Of a DNA stretch of 32,000 nt, positions 1 to 8,368 are shown piece after piece. Position 1 is the stretch's first letter. Each line of letters begins with the position of its first letter. Location: NCBI RefSeq assembly GCF_022549695.1, contig NZ_JAKZGS010000004.1, forward strand, positions 77,756-109,755, read 5' to 3'. A program made the translations under genes and the position numbers. This DNA comes from Belliella calami (GTDB lineage Bacteria > Bacteroidota > Bacteroidia > Cytophagales > Cyclobacteriaceae). The notes beneath the pieces are model-generated. The model saw nothing but the letters and a program-made list of their open reading frames with translations. It was not told the origin of the DNA and searched no databases.

Positions 1-480
1 ATTGAAGGCTATGTGAAATCCAACTCCCAAAGAAAACTCGTCATCGTAGGAGATGTTCCGTACAAAGACAACTACGCGGATAAGTTAAAAAACATAGCAG
101 ATGATCGGCTTTTATTCACTGGATATGTAACCGACCCAGAAGAGTTGAAGGCACTTTATCATAATTGCTACGGCTATTTTCATGGACATGAATATGGAGG
201 CACCAACCCAGCCATGCTGAAAGCAATGGCTTATGGTTGCGCGATTTTGGCCTTGGACACAGCTTTCAACCAAGAGATGCTACAGAATGGTAAGCATGGA
301 TGGTATTTCGAGAAAAATGAAAAATCAGTTGCAGAGATTGTGGCAAAGGCAGAGGATTCTCCCGAGGCAATGAAAACCTTCCGCGATACTGCACGCTCTG
401 GCCTTACCCAAAAGTACAACTGGGATCATGTGACGGATCAATACTTGGAAGTATTAAAACAGCTCGCAAAGAAAAAGTGA
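1..480 (+). CDS. glycosyltransferase (GT-B, Glycos_transf_1-type), C-terminal part; the 5' end lies outside the window
   Basis: The frame is open from nt 1 (IEGYVKSN...), so the ORF-track start at 13 is an internal GTG. KLVIVGD, FTGYV..EELKALY and FHGHEYGGTNPAMLKAMAYGCAILALD are typical of the C-terminal Rossmann half of family 1/4 glycosyltransferases. Confidence 0.75.
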   Translation: MEGYVKSNSQRKLVIVGDVPYKDNYADKLKNIADDRLLFTGYVTDPEELKALYHNCYGYFHGHEYGGTNPAMLKAMAYGCAILALDTAFNQEMLQNGKHGWYFEKNEKSVAEIVAKAEDSPEAMKTFRDTARSGLTQKYNWDHVTDQYLEVLKQLAKKK

Positions 481-521
481 AGGGATAATCCAGAACAACT
501 TTTGGATTGTTAATCCAGTCC

Positions 522-986
522 CTACTGAAAATGGTAAAGGAAAACCAACACTCCAGTAAAGGCTGGTTTTTTCTGGTCTTTGATTTCCAGCTTTACATTT
601 ACTTCGGCTTTGATGGTTCCACGAAGATTTACTACACTTTTGAGGTTGGCATTTAGTCTTACTTCATTGTTTACCAATACTGGATGCGCAAATCTCAAGC
701 TCTCGATTCCATAATTGACCATCATTTTCAAGTTTTCTACTTTCACAATCTGTCCCCAAAGATAGGGTACGATCGAAAGTGTCAAATAGCCATGAGCAAT
801 CGTATCTCCGAATGCCCCTTCGGCCTTTGCACGCTCTGGATCAGTGTGAATCCATTGGTGATCCAGTGTAGCTGTTGCAAATTGATTGATTTGTTCTTGG
901 GTGATTTTGTGATAATCAGATAGACCAAGTTCCAATCCTATATATTTTTCGAAATCTTCAAAACTTCCGATTCTGAGTTGACTCAT
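522..986 (-). CDS. MaoC-like hotdog-fold dehydratase / (R)-specific enoyl-CoA hydratase
   Basis: 154 aa. ...ITQEQINQFATATLDHQWIHTDPERAK...FGDTIAHGYLTLS... matches the MaoC dehydratase hydratase-2 motif region. Confidence 0.8.
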   Translation of the reverse strand: MSQLRIGSFEDFEKYIGLELGLSDYHKITQEQINQFATATLDHQWIHTDPERAKAEGAFGDTIAHGYLTLSIVPYLWGQIVKVENLKMMVNYGIESLRFAHPVLVNNEVRLNANLKSVVNLRGTIKAEVNVKLEIKDQKKPAFTGVLVFLYHFQ

Positions 987-1077
987 AGTTTTTATGTGTT
1001 TTAAAAAAATTAAAGGTATTAAAAATCCCGTAAATTTCAGCTTAATTTGTCTAAGAATAGTATTAGAGCAGGCAAAA

Positions 1078-1887
1078 ATGACCCAACAAAAATACCTTCA
1101 CGGTTATCAAGATATTGAGCAAGAAAGGCTTCGACACCAAGCTGCTGTGATAGAAAAACCGATTTATGATTTTGTGGATTTCTCAAATCACAAAGAGCTT
1201 TTGGAAATAGGTTCCGGAGTAGGAGCCCAAACTGAAATCTTGCTCAGGAGGTTTCCCCACCTTTTGATCACTGGAGTAGAATATGAATCCAAACAAATCG
1301 CAAAAGCTGAAGCAAACTTGAATCAATTAGGCTACTCACCTCCTCAAGTCCGATTTATCCAACAGGATGCAAGATTTTTGGAGCTTGAGAAAAAATTTGA
1401 TGCTGCATTTATCTGCTGGGTTTTGGAGCATATTTCTGATCCTATCCAAGTACTCAAAAGTATGAAGCCCCATCTTTTGCCTAATGCAAAAGTTGTGATC
1501 ACCGAAGTTTTCAACGCTACGTTTTATACATTTCCTTTGATTCCCGCTATCATGGATTACTGGAAAATATACAATAACTTTCAGGTTCAGATAGGGGGAG
1601 ACCCACAAGTAGGAGCCAGACTTGGAGATCTTTTGGAAGCTTCCGGGTATTCGAATATCTCACTTAGGTCGGGAGGTTTTCACCTTGATAGTCGCAATCC
1701 TGAGGATAAGAAAACAGTCTTCGCTTATTGGAAAGGACTAATGAGCAGTGGTGCACCAGCACTTCTCGAAGAAGGTTTGATCACGTCAGAGCAAATACAG
1801 GCCATGCAAAATGCCATGGATGAATTGGCCAAAAAAGAAGACTCGGTATTTTATTATAGATTTATTCAAGCCACAGCAACAGCATAA
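1078..1887 (+). CDS. class I SAM-dependent methyltransferase
   Basis: Motif I is LLEIGSGVGAQT, with a downstream acidic loop and FICWVLEHI. The ATG at 1078 (MTQQKYLHGY...) is preferred to the ORF-track start at 994, which would abut the divergent gene. Confidence 0.75.
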   Translation: MTQQKYLHGYQDIEQERLRHQAAVIEKPIYDFVDFSNHKELLEIGSGVGAQTEILLRRFPHLLITGVEYESKQIAKAEANLNQLGYSPPQVRFIQQDARFLELEKKFDAAFICWVLEHISDPIQVLKSMKPHLLPNAKVVITEVFNATFYTFPLIPAIMDYWKIYNNFQVQIGGDPQVGARLGDLLEASGYSNISLRSGGFHLDSRNPEDKKTVFAYWKGLMSSGAPALLEEGLITSEQIQAMQNAMDELAKKEDSVFYYRFIQATATA

Positions 1888-1897
1888 ACAACCCGAT

Positions 1898-2593
1898 ATG
1901 AAAGTACTAAAGAAGGTTTTTAGAATTTTGGCCAAAACAGTGATGTGGTTTTTTATCATTACTATTGGGCTTACGGTCGTTTACAAATTTGTACCTGTAC
2001 CAGTGACTCCTTTGATGCTGATAAGGGTATGGGAACAAAGCTTCGATGAAAAAAAAGAAGTCAGATTATCAAAAAATTGGGTATCTATCAAAGAAATATC
2101 CAAAAATCTACCCCAGGCTGTAGTAGCAGCAGAAGATCAAAAGTTCCCTGCACACAATGGATTTGATGTGGAAGCCATGAAAAAAGCTTGGGAAGGTAAC
2201 AAGCAGGGAAAAAGGATCAAAGGTGCGAGTACCATTTCCCAGCAAACAGCAAAAAATGTATTTCTCTGGCCAGGAAGAAACATGATCAGAAAGGGGCTTG
2301 AAGCTTATTTTACAGGATTGATTGAGTTTATCTGGGGCAAAGAACGCATCATGGAAGTCTATCTAAATGTCATAGAAATGGGAGATGGAATCTATGGGGC
2401 AGAAGCTGCATCAAAGGAATTTTTCAAAAAATCAGCTTCTTCACTGTCAAGAAATGAAGCGGCACTTATTGCAGCAACACTTCCGAACCCGAGACGTTGG
2501 TCACCAGCAAGACCTACAGCATATATCTATGGCAGGCAAGTATGGATTCTTAGAAACATGAATAATTTGGAGCCAGTTGGATTTGGAAAGTAA
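1898..2593 (+). CDS. mtgA: monofunctional biosynthetic peptidoglycan transglycosylase
   Basis: An N-terminal TM helix is followed by GT51 motifs AEDQKFPAHNGFD, GASTISQQTAKN and RKGLEAYFTGLIE. The ATG at 1898 (MKVLKKVF...) is preferred to the ORF-track start at 1811, which overlaps the upstream gene. Confidence 0.9.
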   Translation: MKVLKKVFRILAKTVMWFFIITIGLTVVYKFVPVPVTPLMLIRVWEQSFDEKKEVRLSKNWVSIKEISKNLPQAVVAAEDQKFPAHNGFDVEAMKKAWEGNKQGKRIKGASTISQQTAKNVFLWPGRNMIRKGLEAYFTGLIEFIWGKERIMEVYLNVIEMGDGIYGAEAASKEFFKKSASSLSRNEAALIAATLPNPRRWSPARPTAYIYGRQVWILRNMNNLEPVGFGK

Positions 2594-2688
2594 GACTGAC
2601 CGGGATTCTTAATACCATAAAAAATAAAAAAGCCGCGAAACAGAGTCTCACAGCTTTAGTCAATTAACAATAAACCCAAAATAACCAG

Positions 2689-2812
2689 CTGTAGGAGAAG
2701 GATTCGAACCTCCACGGGACAGTTAGGCAAAACACGAGCTCGATATTTGCTTTATCCTGGGACCCCACCCCCGAGACAGGAGGGCATGTCTGCCAATTTC
2801 ATCATCCTACAG
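2689..2812 (-). ncRNA. tRNA-like RNA gene, copy 1 (cloverleaf elements plus an oversized extra arm; isotype not assignable)
   Basis: Read on the minus strand: acceptor stem TGTAGGA/TCCTACA, U8, D-arm ATG-AAATTGGCAGA-CAT, hairpin CCCTC-CTGTCTC-GGGGG, and canonical T-arm GGAGG-TTCGAAT-CCTTC. About 51 nt lie between the anticodon-like arm and the T-arm, giving 124 nt in total. No CCA is encoded. Confidence 0.6.
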
Positions 2813-2859
2813 TATAATATTTTCAATTCAACTAGAAATCTTACATTTCTACAATTTGG

Positions 2860-2985
2860 CTGTAGGAGAAGGATTCGAACCTCCACGGAGCAGTTAGGCA
2901 AAAATACGAGCTCGATATTCGCTTTATTCTGGGATCTCCACCCCCGAGACAGGAGGGCTTGTCTGCCAATTTCAACATCCTACAA
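2860..2985 (-). ncRNA. tRNA-like RNA gene, copy 2 (tandem paralogue of 2689-2812)
   Basis: Same architecture, 171 nt downstream on the plus strand. The differences from copy 1 fall in predicted helices and are compensatory (D-stem A-T to T-A; GGGG/TCCC to GGAG/CTCC). Confidence 0.6.
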
Positions 2986-3356
2986 TTTGTTTTTTCAAAT
3001 TTTCGACCTTTTGTCTTTGTTTGATATTTCAAAGTTAAGAAAACATTCCTTCTATTAAAATTAATTCAACAAATAAGCTAAAAATTTACATAATAAATAC
3101 TTTATAGTGTCAAATGTTATCGATTCGTTAATTTTAATATTTTAATCCCAGTTAATTTTAGAAATATGGAAATGCTATTTTAGCTATTGTTCATTTGTCG
3201 AAAACATGATTTAGAGAAAGTGGAAGATCTTTTACCAAAAACTTCTACTCTTTTTGAGAATCTTCACAGAATAAAAACATTTTTATGGGTATCTGCAATG
3301 CTAGACATTCTTTTGGTCTAAGAAATCAAAAGTTGGATCCAAGACATGCTGAAAAA

Positions 3357-3879
3357 TTAAATCCTAAAGCAATGGGTGGGAGATGTCATGCCCAAATCAA
3401 AGCAAAATGTCTTGATTAGATATTTCTGCATTTTCTTTGATGCTGCGGCGGCCGAATGAAGTAAATTTGATCTGTGTCTACAATAAGTTCTAAGCTCTTC
3501 TGTCTGGCCATCTGGCAAAAAACTTCCAGTTAGTAACCCCAATGTGTGCAGTTTTTGAATCCCTGCCTGACGGCAGGCAGGCACTGACAGTCCAAGACAT
3601 CAGTCTTTTTACCTTTGATGTTTTTGGTGAACTTACCATTACATAATATAAGATGGAACCCTTTTGAAAGCAAGACTGCATAGAGATTTTGCCAGTATGT
3701 CCCTGTACTTTCCATCGCTATAGTTTTTACATTCTTTTCCTTCAACCAATCTGCCATAGCAAACAAATCTTGATTGAATACCCCAAATTCCCGAACATCA
3801 TGCTCGGTTTGACCTACTGCTACCCAGTGGGAGCGACTGCCGACATCACATGCGAAGCATTCATCGACACCAAATAAAA
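3357..3879 (-). pseudogene. IS110-family transposase (DEDD/RuvC-like N-terminal domain), decayed
   Basis: Joining the minus-strand frames gives LFGVDECFACDVGSRSHWVAVGQ...KTIAMESTGTYWQNLY...GKKTDVLDCQ // WIQKLHTLGLLTGSFLPDGQTEELRTYCRHRSNLL, the IS110-family signature. There is no start codon. The frame is broken at 3562-3581 by a GC palindrome (CCTGCCTG-ACGG-CAGGCAGG). There are stops further downstream, and the C-terminal domain is not recognisable. Confidence 0.75.
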
Positions 3880-4067
3880 ACTTTAATAGGAGATAATTCC
3901 CCTAGCCTGCGGATTGACGACTTCCATGGAGATAGATTCCTGTTCCATAAGATTAAGAATAGATAGGTCTCACAGGGGATGTGCTTTTGGCTAGAAAATA
4001 TTCTGAACAGCCTGTCCCGATAGCGAAGCGTATCGGGAGGGTATCTGGCTTTTTAAAGACAAATCCG

Positions 4068-4102
4068 CCACTGAAATCATCGCAAGTATCCCAACCAGAA
4101 TG
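4068..4102 (-). repeat. truncated attC-like half-site (one arm only)
   Basis: The plus strand reads CCGCCA-CTGA-AATCATCGCA-A-GTATCCC. This parallels the right arm of the full repeats (for example CCGCCA-TTGA-GCCAAACTCC-T-GTTATGG at 6285-6320). No partner arm is recognisable to the left. Confidence 0.4.
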
Positions 4103-4243
4103 GCGCCCATGCTCTTCGATTACTCGAGGGCAACATTTCTAAAATCGGCCTTGCTAAAAGGGTAGTAAATTACAAAAAATCTTGCCACGATGCTCTCAAA
4201 CGTTAGCTTACGAAATCAAGTTTTTTAATGTAGGGGGAATTGC

Positions 4244-4377
4244 TGGTAACAGCGGGATTCAGCTTGGAGACGGCGGGCTTTCGGAGCCGTTCGCTTCCAG
4301 CCTACTCTTAGCTTCTTAAAGATACTGAATTTTCAATTTACTCTGAACTGCCCGCTGGATCCAAGGTGATGTTGGCG
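4244..4377 (-). repeat. attC-like cassette recombination site (copy g, most divergent)
   Basis: TGGTAAC-[8 nt]-TCAGCTTGGA-GACG-GCGGGC ... CCCGC-TGGA-TCCAAGGTGA-T-GTTGGCG; 134 nt; the arms pair as in the other copies. Confidence 0.7.
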
Positions 4378-4388
4378 AAAGTTGTTTT

Positions 4389-4787
4389 TTATCTAGTAAC
4401 CCAGTTTTCTAACCTAATACCGGAGATTCTATGAAACTCTTTCAAGTTTTCTGTCACCATTATGAGGTCTTTTTCTATTGCTGTGCAACCAATCAAGAGG
4501 TCAAAATCACTAATCTGCAAGCCTATAGATCTTAATCTGGCTTTCTCTTTTCCATATAGGTAAATTGCGCTAAAAATTGGAAGGATAACAACTTGATTAG
4601 CAAACACTTCAATTAAATCAAGATTCTTTTGAGGGTTTTTACTGTTTTCAGCTCCAAAAACTAATTCTGCCAAAGTAATTTCTGAAATAGCAAAACTCTC
4701 AGTACCTAGCTGTTCAAACTTTTCTATCAATCCATATTTCCCCCTTAAAAAATGGGTACAAATATTAGTGTCTAAAAGATACTTCAT
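4389..4787 (-). CDS. vapC: PIN-domain ribonuclease toxin (VapC-like)
   Basis: 132 aa. The acidic PIN residues are in context (LLDTNI..., ITLAELVFGAE, SDFDLLIGCTA). A 4-nt overlap links it to the small upstream ORF. Confidence 0.85.
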   Translation of the reverse strand: MKYLLDTNICTHFLRGKYGLIEKFEQLGTESFAISEITLAELVFGAENSKNPQKNLDLIEVFANQVVILPIFSAIYLYGKEKARLRSIGLQISDFDLLIGCTAIEKDLIMVTENLKEFHRISGIRLENWVTR

Positions 4788-5041
4788 TCGAAACCAAGGT
4801 TTTCTGTTTTTTCTATTCTGGATTCTCTAATTTCTTTAATGATCTCGTCCGAATCTTTATCATCTTCCCATGCTCCAAAAAGTGTTCGTAAATCCACCTT
4901 CTCTTCTTTTATATCCAGTGACTCGGTCAATTTAATGATTAGTTTTTTCTTGGAAAGATTATCCAAACCTTTCAATAGACCAAAATACTTTTCTATTGCC
5001 TTGTTATTTAATGTGAGGTTTGCCATGCTTTTTTTCTTCAA
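4784..5041 (-). CDS. putative antitoxin partner of the PIN toxin
   Basis: 85 aa, translationally coupled (4-nt overlap) to the PIN gene and rich in charged residues. The start may instead be the ATG at 5026 (MANLTL...). Confidence 0.6.
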   Translation of the reverse strand: MKKKSMANLTLNNKAIEKYFGLLKGLDNLSKKKLIIKLTESLDIKEEKVDLRTLFGAWEDDKDSDEIIKEIRESRIEKTENLGFE

Positions 5042-5082
5042 TTTACGGAATTAATGGATTGATGGTCAAATGATTTAGAAAA

Positions 5083-5553
5083 TTAAATTCCCAACTCTCT
5101 TTTCTTTTTCTGAATCAAGTCTCCCATGTCACTAAAATCTTTTACAAAACCAGATGCTTTGATAAATTCATTGTCGGTATTAAACCAATAAACTTTATTA
5201 TCCCCTTTAATTTTCAATTTATACAAAGGAGGGTAAACAAACTGTATGAGAGAAAGGGATTCCACTTCCATCCAATTTATTTTCCTTTCATACTCTCCAT
5301 TCTTTATAATCACATTTTGGCCTCCTAATTTTACTATCACAAATTTATCCTTAATAGCAATAAATATTGGGAAGCAGACTATTCCTATCACTCCAAAAAC
5401 TAACGTGATAACGATGTTTTGTGCCATTTTCTCACCATTTACCCAGAATAACTCAGGAAAGAACCAAGACAGAAGGGACGTAAATAACATTATTATTCCT
5501 AAGCCTAGAAACAGATATTTCAGTATGTGGTGATATAGATTATTGCTTTCCAT
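5083..5553 (-). CDS. hypothetical membrane protein (two N-terminal TM helices plus a small soluble domain; topology resembles bacterial PH/DUF304-type proteins)
   Basis: 156 aa with two clear hydrophobic helices (LFLGLGIIMLFTSLLSWFF; IVITLVFGVIGIVCFPIFIAI). It is cassette-borne and has no family signature I can name with certainty. Confidence 0.55.
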   Translation of the reverse strand: MESNNLYHHILKYLFLGLGIIMLFTSLLSWFFPELFWVNGEKMAQNIVITLVFGVIGIVCFPIFIAIKDKFVIVKLGGQNVIIKNGEYERKINWMEVESLSLIQFVYPPLYKLKIKGDNKVYWFNTDNEFIKASGFVKDFSDMGDLIQKKKRELGI

Positions 5554-5570
5554 GGCTTTTCTTCAATTTT

Positions 5571-5702
5571 CGATAACGGTTTGCAGCTACCCGAAGGTGG
5601 CGATTTCGAAGCGATTCACTGTCCGTCAAGCAGAAACTTTGATAGAAGCACAAAGCTTGATTTAACCACTGAACCGCCACTTTTGGGTAGGTGCTGTTAT
5701 AG
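5571..5702 (-). repeat. attC-like cassette recombination site (copy a)
   Basis: CGATAAC-GGTTT-GCAGCTACCC-GAAG-GTGGCG ... CGCCAC-TTTT-GGGTAGGTGC-T-GTTATAG; 132 nt. Confidence 0.8.
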
Positions 5703-5711
5703 GGCGTTTTC

Positions 5712-6176
5712 TTATTTTCGAATAAATATGTTTCCAAAATTTCTGCTGCTCGCCATTACTTTGTCTTTGTCCGTTTTGCGTCTGTATCTCGTTCTATCAT
5801 CATTTAACAACTGCAATATTTCGTTTCTTGATTTCGCTACAATTGTATCTGTTTTCGTTTCGATTCTTAAATAGTCAGTCCGCAAGTCACTTTCCTTTAT
5901 TTTTACGTTAAACATCATTCCTGTAAAAATCGATAATATTGTCATTGAGCTGTCAGGCTTTAAAACAACAGTTGTACTGTCCGAAGTTTGATTGTTCGGA
6001 TAATTGTGGATTTGCTTTTTGTCAGAATAATCAAGTCCTGGTCGTACTGTCACCTTCGCTTCATTTGCTGAAGTGTTGTGAATTGTCAATACTTTAAAAC
6101 CTTCGCAACTTGTCAGAAGTATTACGGTTGACAGAAATGTCAGTAATTTCTTTATTCGTTTCATTTCACATTTCAT
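5712..6176 (-). CDS. hypothetical lipoprotein
   Basis: 154 aa. It has a signal peptide with a lipobox (LLTFLSTVILLTSC). It is the only ORF in its cassette. Confidence 0.6.
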   Translation of the reverse strand: MKCEMKRIKKLLTFLSTVILLTSCEGFKVLTIHNTSANEAKVTVRPGLDYSDKKQIHNYPNNQTSDSTTVVLKPDSSMTILSIFTGMMFNVKIKESDLRTDYLRIETKTDTIVAKSRNEILQLLNDDRTRYRRKTDKDKVMASSRNFGNIFIRK

Positions 6177-6188
6177 TTCTTAAATGCA

Positions 6189-6320
6189 CCATAACGTTTT
6201 GGCGCTTGGCGCAGTGGCGGATTTCGGAGCACAAAACTTTCATTTAACCACAAAAGTTGATGCGAGGTAGAATGTTCAATTAACCACGTTATCCGCCATT
6301 GAGCCAAACTCCTGTTATGG
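6189..6320 (-). repeat. attC-like cassette recombination site (copy b)
   Basis: CCATAAC-GTTTT-GGCGCTTGGC-GCAG-TGGCGG ... CCGCCA-TTGA-GCCAAACTCC-T-GTTATGG; 132 nt. Confidence 0.8.
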
Positions 6321-6339
6321 GCTGGGCTTTCTGCTTTTG

Positions 6340-7278
6340 TCATAAATCTGTTTCTCTTTTTACAACTACCATTTCATCAAATCCGTGTTTTATCAATAAC
6401 TTTTTCAATGTTGTAATAAATCGTCTTAATTCTCTTTCTAGGATTGAGTCGTAATCAGGACTGAGTTTATTAAAGTCATTTGGTAGTAAGTTTGAAATAG
6501 CATAATTTATTCCCGTGATTATTGTCGGGAAGTCTATGAATACTAGGGTTTCATCTTTTATTTGAGTATCAATACTGATATTTCTCGGTCTGCCTGCATA
6601 TTTGAAAGAAACATTTTTAGTGTCAATAGAAGATTTCAATCTCTCGAATTGAAGATTTACGTCATCATTGATTTTGTCAGGAACGATAATATTTAGTTTG
6701 CATTTTTTGTATTTAATTCCATCAAGTTCGTACCCATTATTTTCAATTAAATAGCGACAAGTTGGAACAATAAGATTTTCTAAATAAACGGAAGCTAATG
6801 TAGCAGAAGGAAAGAAGTTGATTTCATCATCTGAACTGGAAATGAAGAGGTCCTGTATTTGCTTAACTGCATTTTCAAAACTGCTGTCATTACCATTTTC
6901 AAAAACTGCCAATGACAATCCGCCAAAATCAGAGAGAAGCTTAATCTCCTTGTCTACTAGAAATGCACATTTAGAAGTTCCTAAACGACCTGTAAACAAA
7001 CCTAATTCAAATAGGACGTTATCTCTTGGTTGCAACATTACTTGACCCCTAAATTCGACTTTATCATCATTTGTGCCTAATAAAATTCCAAAGTCAAATT
7101 GTAAAGTCGCTTTAAGCAAATCAGATAGAAAATTCTGATTAATCTTAAAAACCGAAGTGTCCCAAACCTTTTCGTTCCAAATAGTTACATCAAAGTCTTT
7201 TGATAAAATTGCTTTGGCTTTCTCTGCTAATTTTAGTTCTTCGGACGAAGAACCTATGAAAAGTCTCTTTTTTATCAT
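6340..7278 (-). CDS. CBASS effector, TIR-like domain fused to a bacterial STING-like cyclic-dinucleotide sensor domain
   Basis: The N-terminus (RLFIGSSSE...[19 protein letters not shown]) has the TIR-like signature seen in CD-NTase-associated effectors. The C-terminus ([15 protein letters not shown]...GRPRNISID...[16 protein letters not shown]...ELRRF) resembles bacterial STING domains. It overlaps the upstream nucleotidyltransferase by ATGA. Confidence 0.7.
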   Translation of the reverse strand: MIKKRLFIGSSSEELKLAEKAKAILSKDFDVTIWNEKVWDTSVFKINQNFLSDLLKATLQFDFGILLGTNDDKVEFRGQVMLQPRDNVLFELGLFTGRLGTSKCAFLVDKEIKLLSDFGGLSLAVFENGNDSSFENAVKQIQDLFISSSDDEINFFPSATLASVYLENLIVPTCRYLIENNGYELDGIKYKKCKLNIIVPDKINDDVNLQFERLKSSIDTKNVSFKYAGRPRNISIDTQIKDETLVFIDFPTIITGINYAISNLLPNDFNKLSPDYDSILERELRRFITTLKKLLIKHGFDEMVVVKRETDL

Positions 7279-8333
7279 AATCCAAGCGTATTTCTTAGGT
7301 CAACAAATATTCCTTCAACTTCACCAAGTAATAATTTCAAATTCTCCAGTTTTTCTGGGTTATATCTAAAAATATACTCTCTTCCATCTACAGAGATAAT
7401 GCTATCGGATTTAGTTTGATTTGTGCAGATTTCTTTAATTTGATAATAGATTACGGGAACGAGTTCATAAAATGAAAGTGTTTGATATTTATCTACTTCA
7501 ATGTCATAGCATATAGCATTTATATCAAAGCTGCTTAAATCTATTTCTTGATTGGAATTTGCTTTGGTATTCTTCAAAAAACGAATCATTCTTTTTAGTC
7601 TTCCATTAGTATCTGAACTTCTTTCATTAATTCGTTTAATACTAAGAAATGGGAAATCTTTCTTGCCTTTTGAATGGGTTTCTTTATTATAAACTTGAAT
7701 CCCACGATATTCTCCTTTGTCATTTATAACAGAAGATACATCATCATACCAATTGGCAATTACAACATCAACTTCTCGGTTTAGACTTTGATTTTTTATC
7801 TTGATTGATTTTGGTTTTGTGGTGTCGCATATATCATATACATCTTCTAAAATTGTTTCACTATCAAGTCTTAATTGTCTCAAATCCTGAAGTGCGTTTC
7901 CTTGATACGAGCTTGTATTAACTTCCTTAACCATTTTATCAATGGAAACCTGTCTGTATCTATTTTTCTGCTCTACTGATTCAAGTATCTGCTTTATTTT
8001 AGGGGCATCATAAGTATAAAATTTGTCACAAATTGTAAGCAAGTCAATATCACTATAACCTCTAATATGTGTGTCGGTCATTACAGAGCCTTGATATTTA
8101 AAAACAACGTCAGTAAGTTTTTTTGATAAATGTTCTTTAACCCTTTCTCCTGCGTCTTTACTTTTTTGGGTGTATTCAGGTTCGACACCTTTCATTGCAA
8201 GTCTAATGTATGTCAATACTTCACTGTATGAAACAGTCGCAAGTTCATCAGAAAATGATTTTCTCAGTGCGAAGTTCTCTGGGTTGATTCGTCCCTTGAT
8301 ACTTTCTGTAAGTAGTTTATAATTTTTTGCCAT
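7275..8333 (-). CDS. cGAS/DncV-like nucleotidyltransferase (CD-NTase, SMODS-type)
   Basis: 352 aa with the Pol-beta-type catalytic set: YQGS-x11-DIDLL and a downstream REVDVVIAN. Translationally coupled to the TIR-STING-like gene. Confidence 0.7.
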   Translation of the reverse strand: MAKNYKLLTESIKGRINPENFALRKSFSDELATVSYSEVLTYIRLAMKGVEPEYTQKSKDAGERVKEHLSKKLTDVVFKYQGSVMTDTHIRGYSDIDLLTICDKFYTYDAPKIKQILESVEQKNRYRQVSIDKMVKEVNTSSYQGNALQDLRQLRLDSETILEDVYDICDTTKPKSIKIKNQSLNREVDVVIANWYDDVSSVINDKGEYRGIQVYNKETHSKGKKDFPFLSIKRINERSSDTNGRLKRMIRFLKNTKANSNQEIDLSSFDINAICYDIEVDKYQTLSFYELVPVIYYQIKEICTNQTKSDSIISVDGREYIFRYNPEKLENLKLLLGEVEGIFVDLRNTLGL

Positions 8334-8368
8334 TGTTCTATTTTATTGTGGTGTCGTTTTAGCCTTGC

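Noticed and set aside
994-1077. N-terminal extensions proposed by the ORF track (994 for the methyltransferase, 1811 for mtgA, 15338 for the dehydrogenase, 22371 for the acyl-CoA ligase, 29824 for comF)
   Set aside because: The extensions use TTG or GTG starts, or they overlap neighbouring genes or repeats. They add low-complexity residues ahead of a well-placed ATG that begins the conserved N-terminus.
2689-2985. Calling the two tRNA-like genes ordinary tRNAs with a defined isotype (for example tRNA-Asp from GUC, or tRNA-Leu from the D-loop)
   Set aside because: At 124-126 nt they are too long. The anticodon-like loop has U where purine-37 is expected. The D-loop type and the anticodon disagree. 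I therefore report them only as tRNA-like.
2747-3058. ORF-track ORFs 2747..3058 (+, 103 aa) and 2841..3032 (-, 63 aa)
   Set aside because: They run straight through the two tRNA-like repeats. Their peptide repeats (PPPRQEG...SANF) simply mirror the duplicated RNA sequence. There is no coding signal otherwise.
3061-3356. The AT-rich 300-nt stretch between the tRNA-like genes and the transposase remnant, considered as a possible small gene or RNA
   Set aside because: All six frames are full of stops, and I see neither repeats nor secondary structure. It is most simply the fully decayed 3' part of the IS110-family element.
3490-3766. Treating ORFs 3357..3584, 3490..3681 and 3530..3766 as three separate small genes
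   Set aside because: Two of them are consecutive pieces of one IS110-family reading frame, split by a palindromic insertion. The third is an overlapping out-of-frame artefact.
5581-5874. Plus-strand ORFs that span the repeats (5581..5874, 8346..8552, 8497..8724, 9483..9674, 11218..11406)
   Set aside because: They are open only because the GC-rich hairpin arms lack stops. They share 'peptides' that merely reflect the repeat (…GDFEA…STEP…), and they lie antisense to the cassette genes.
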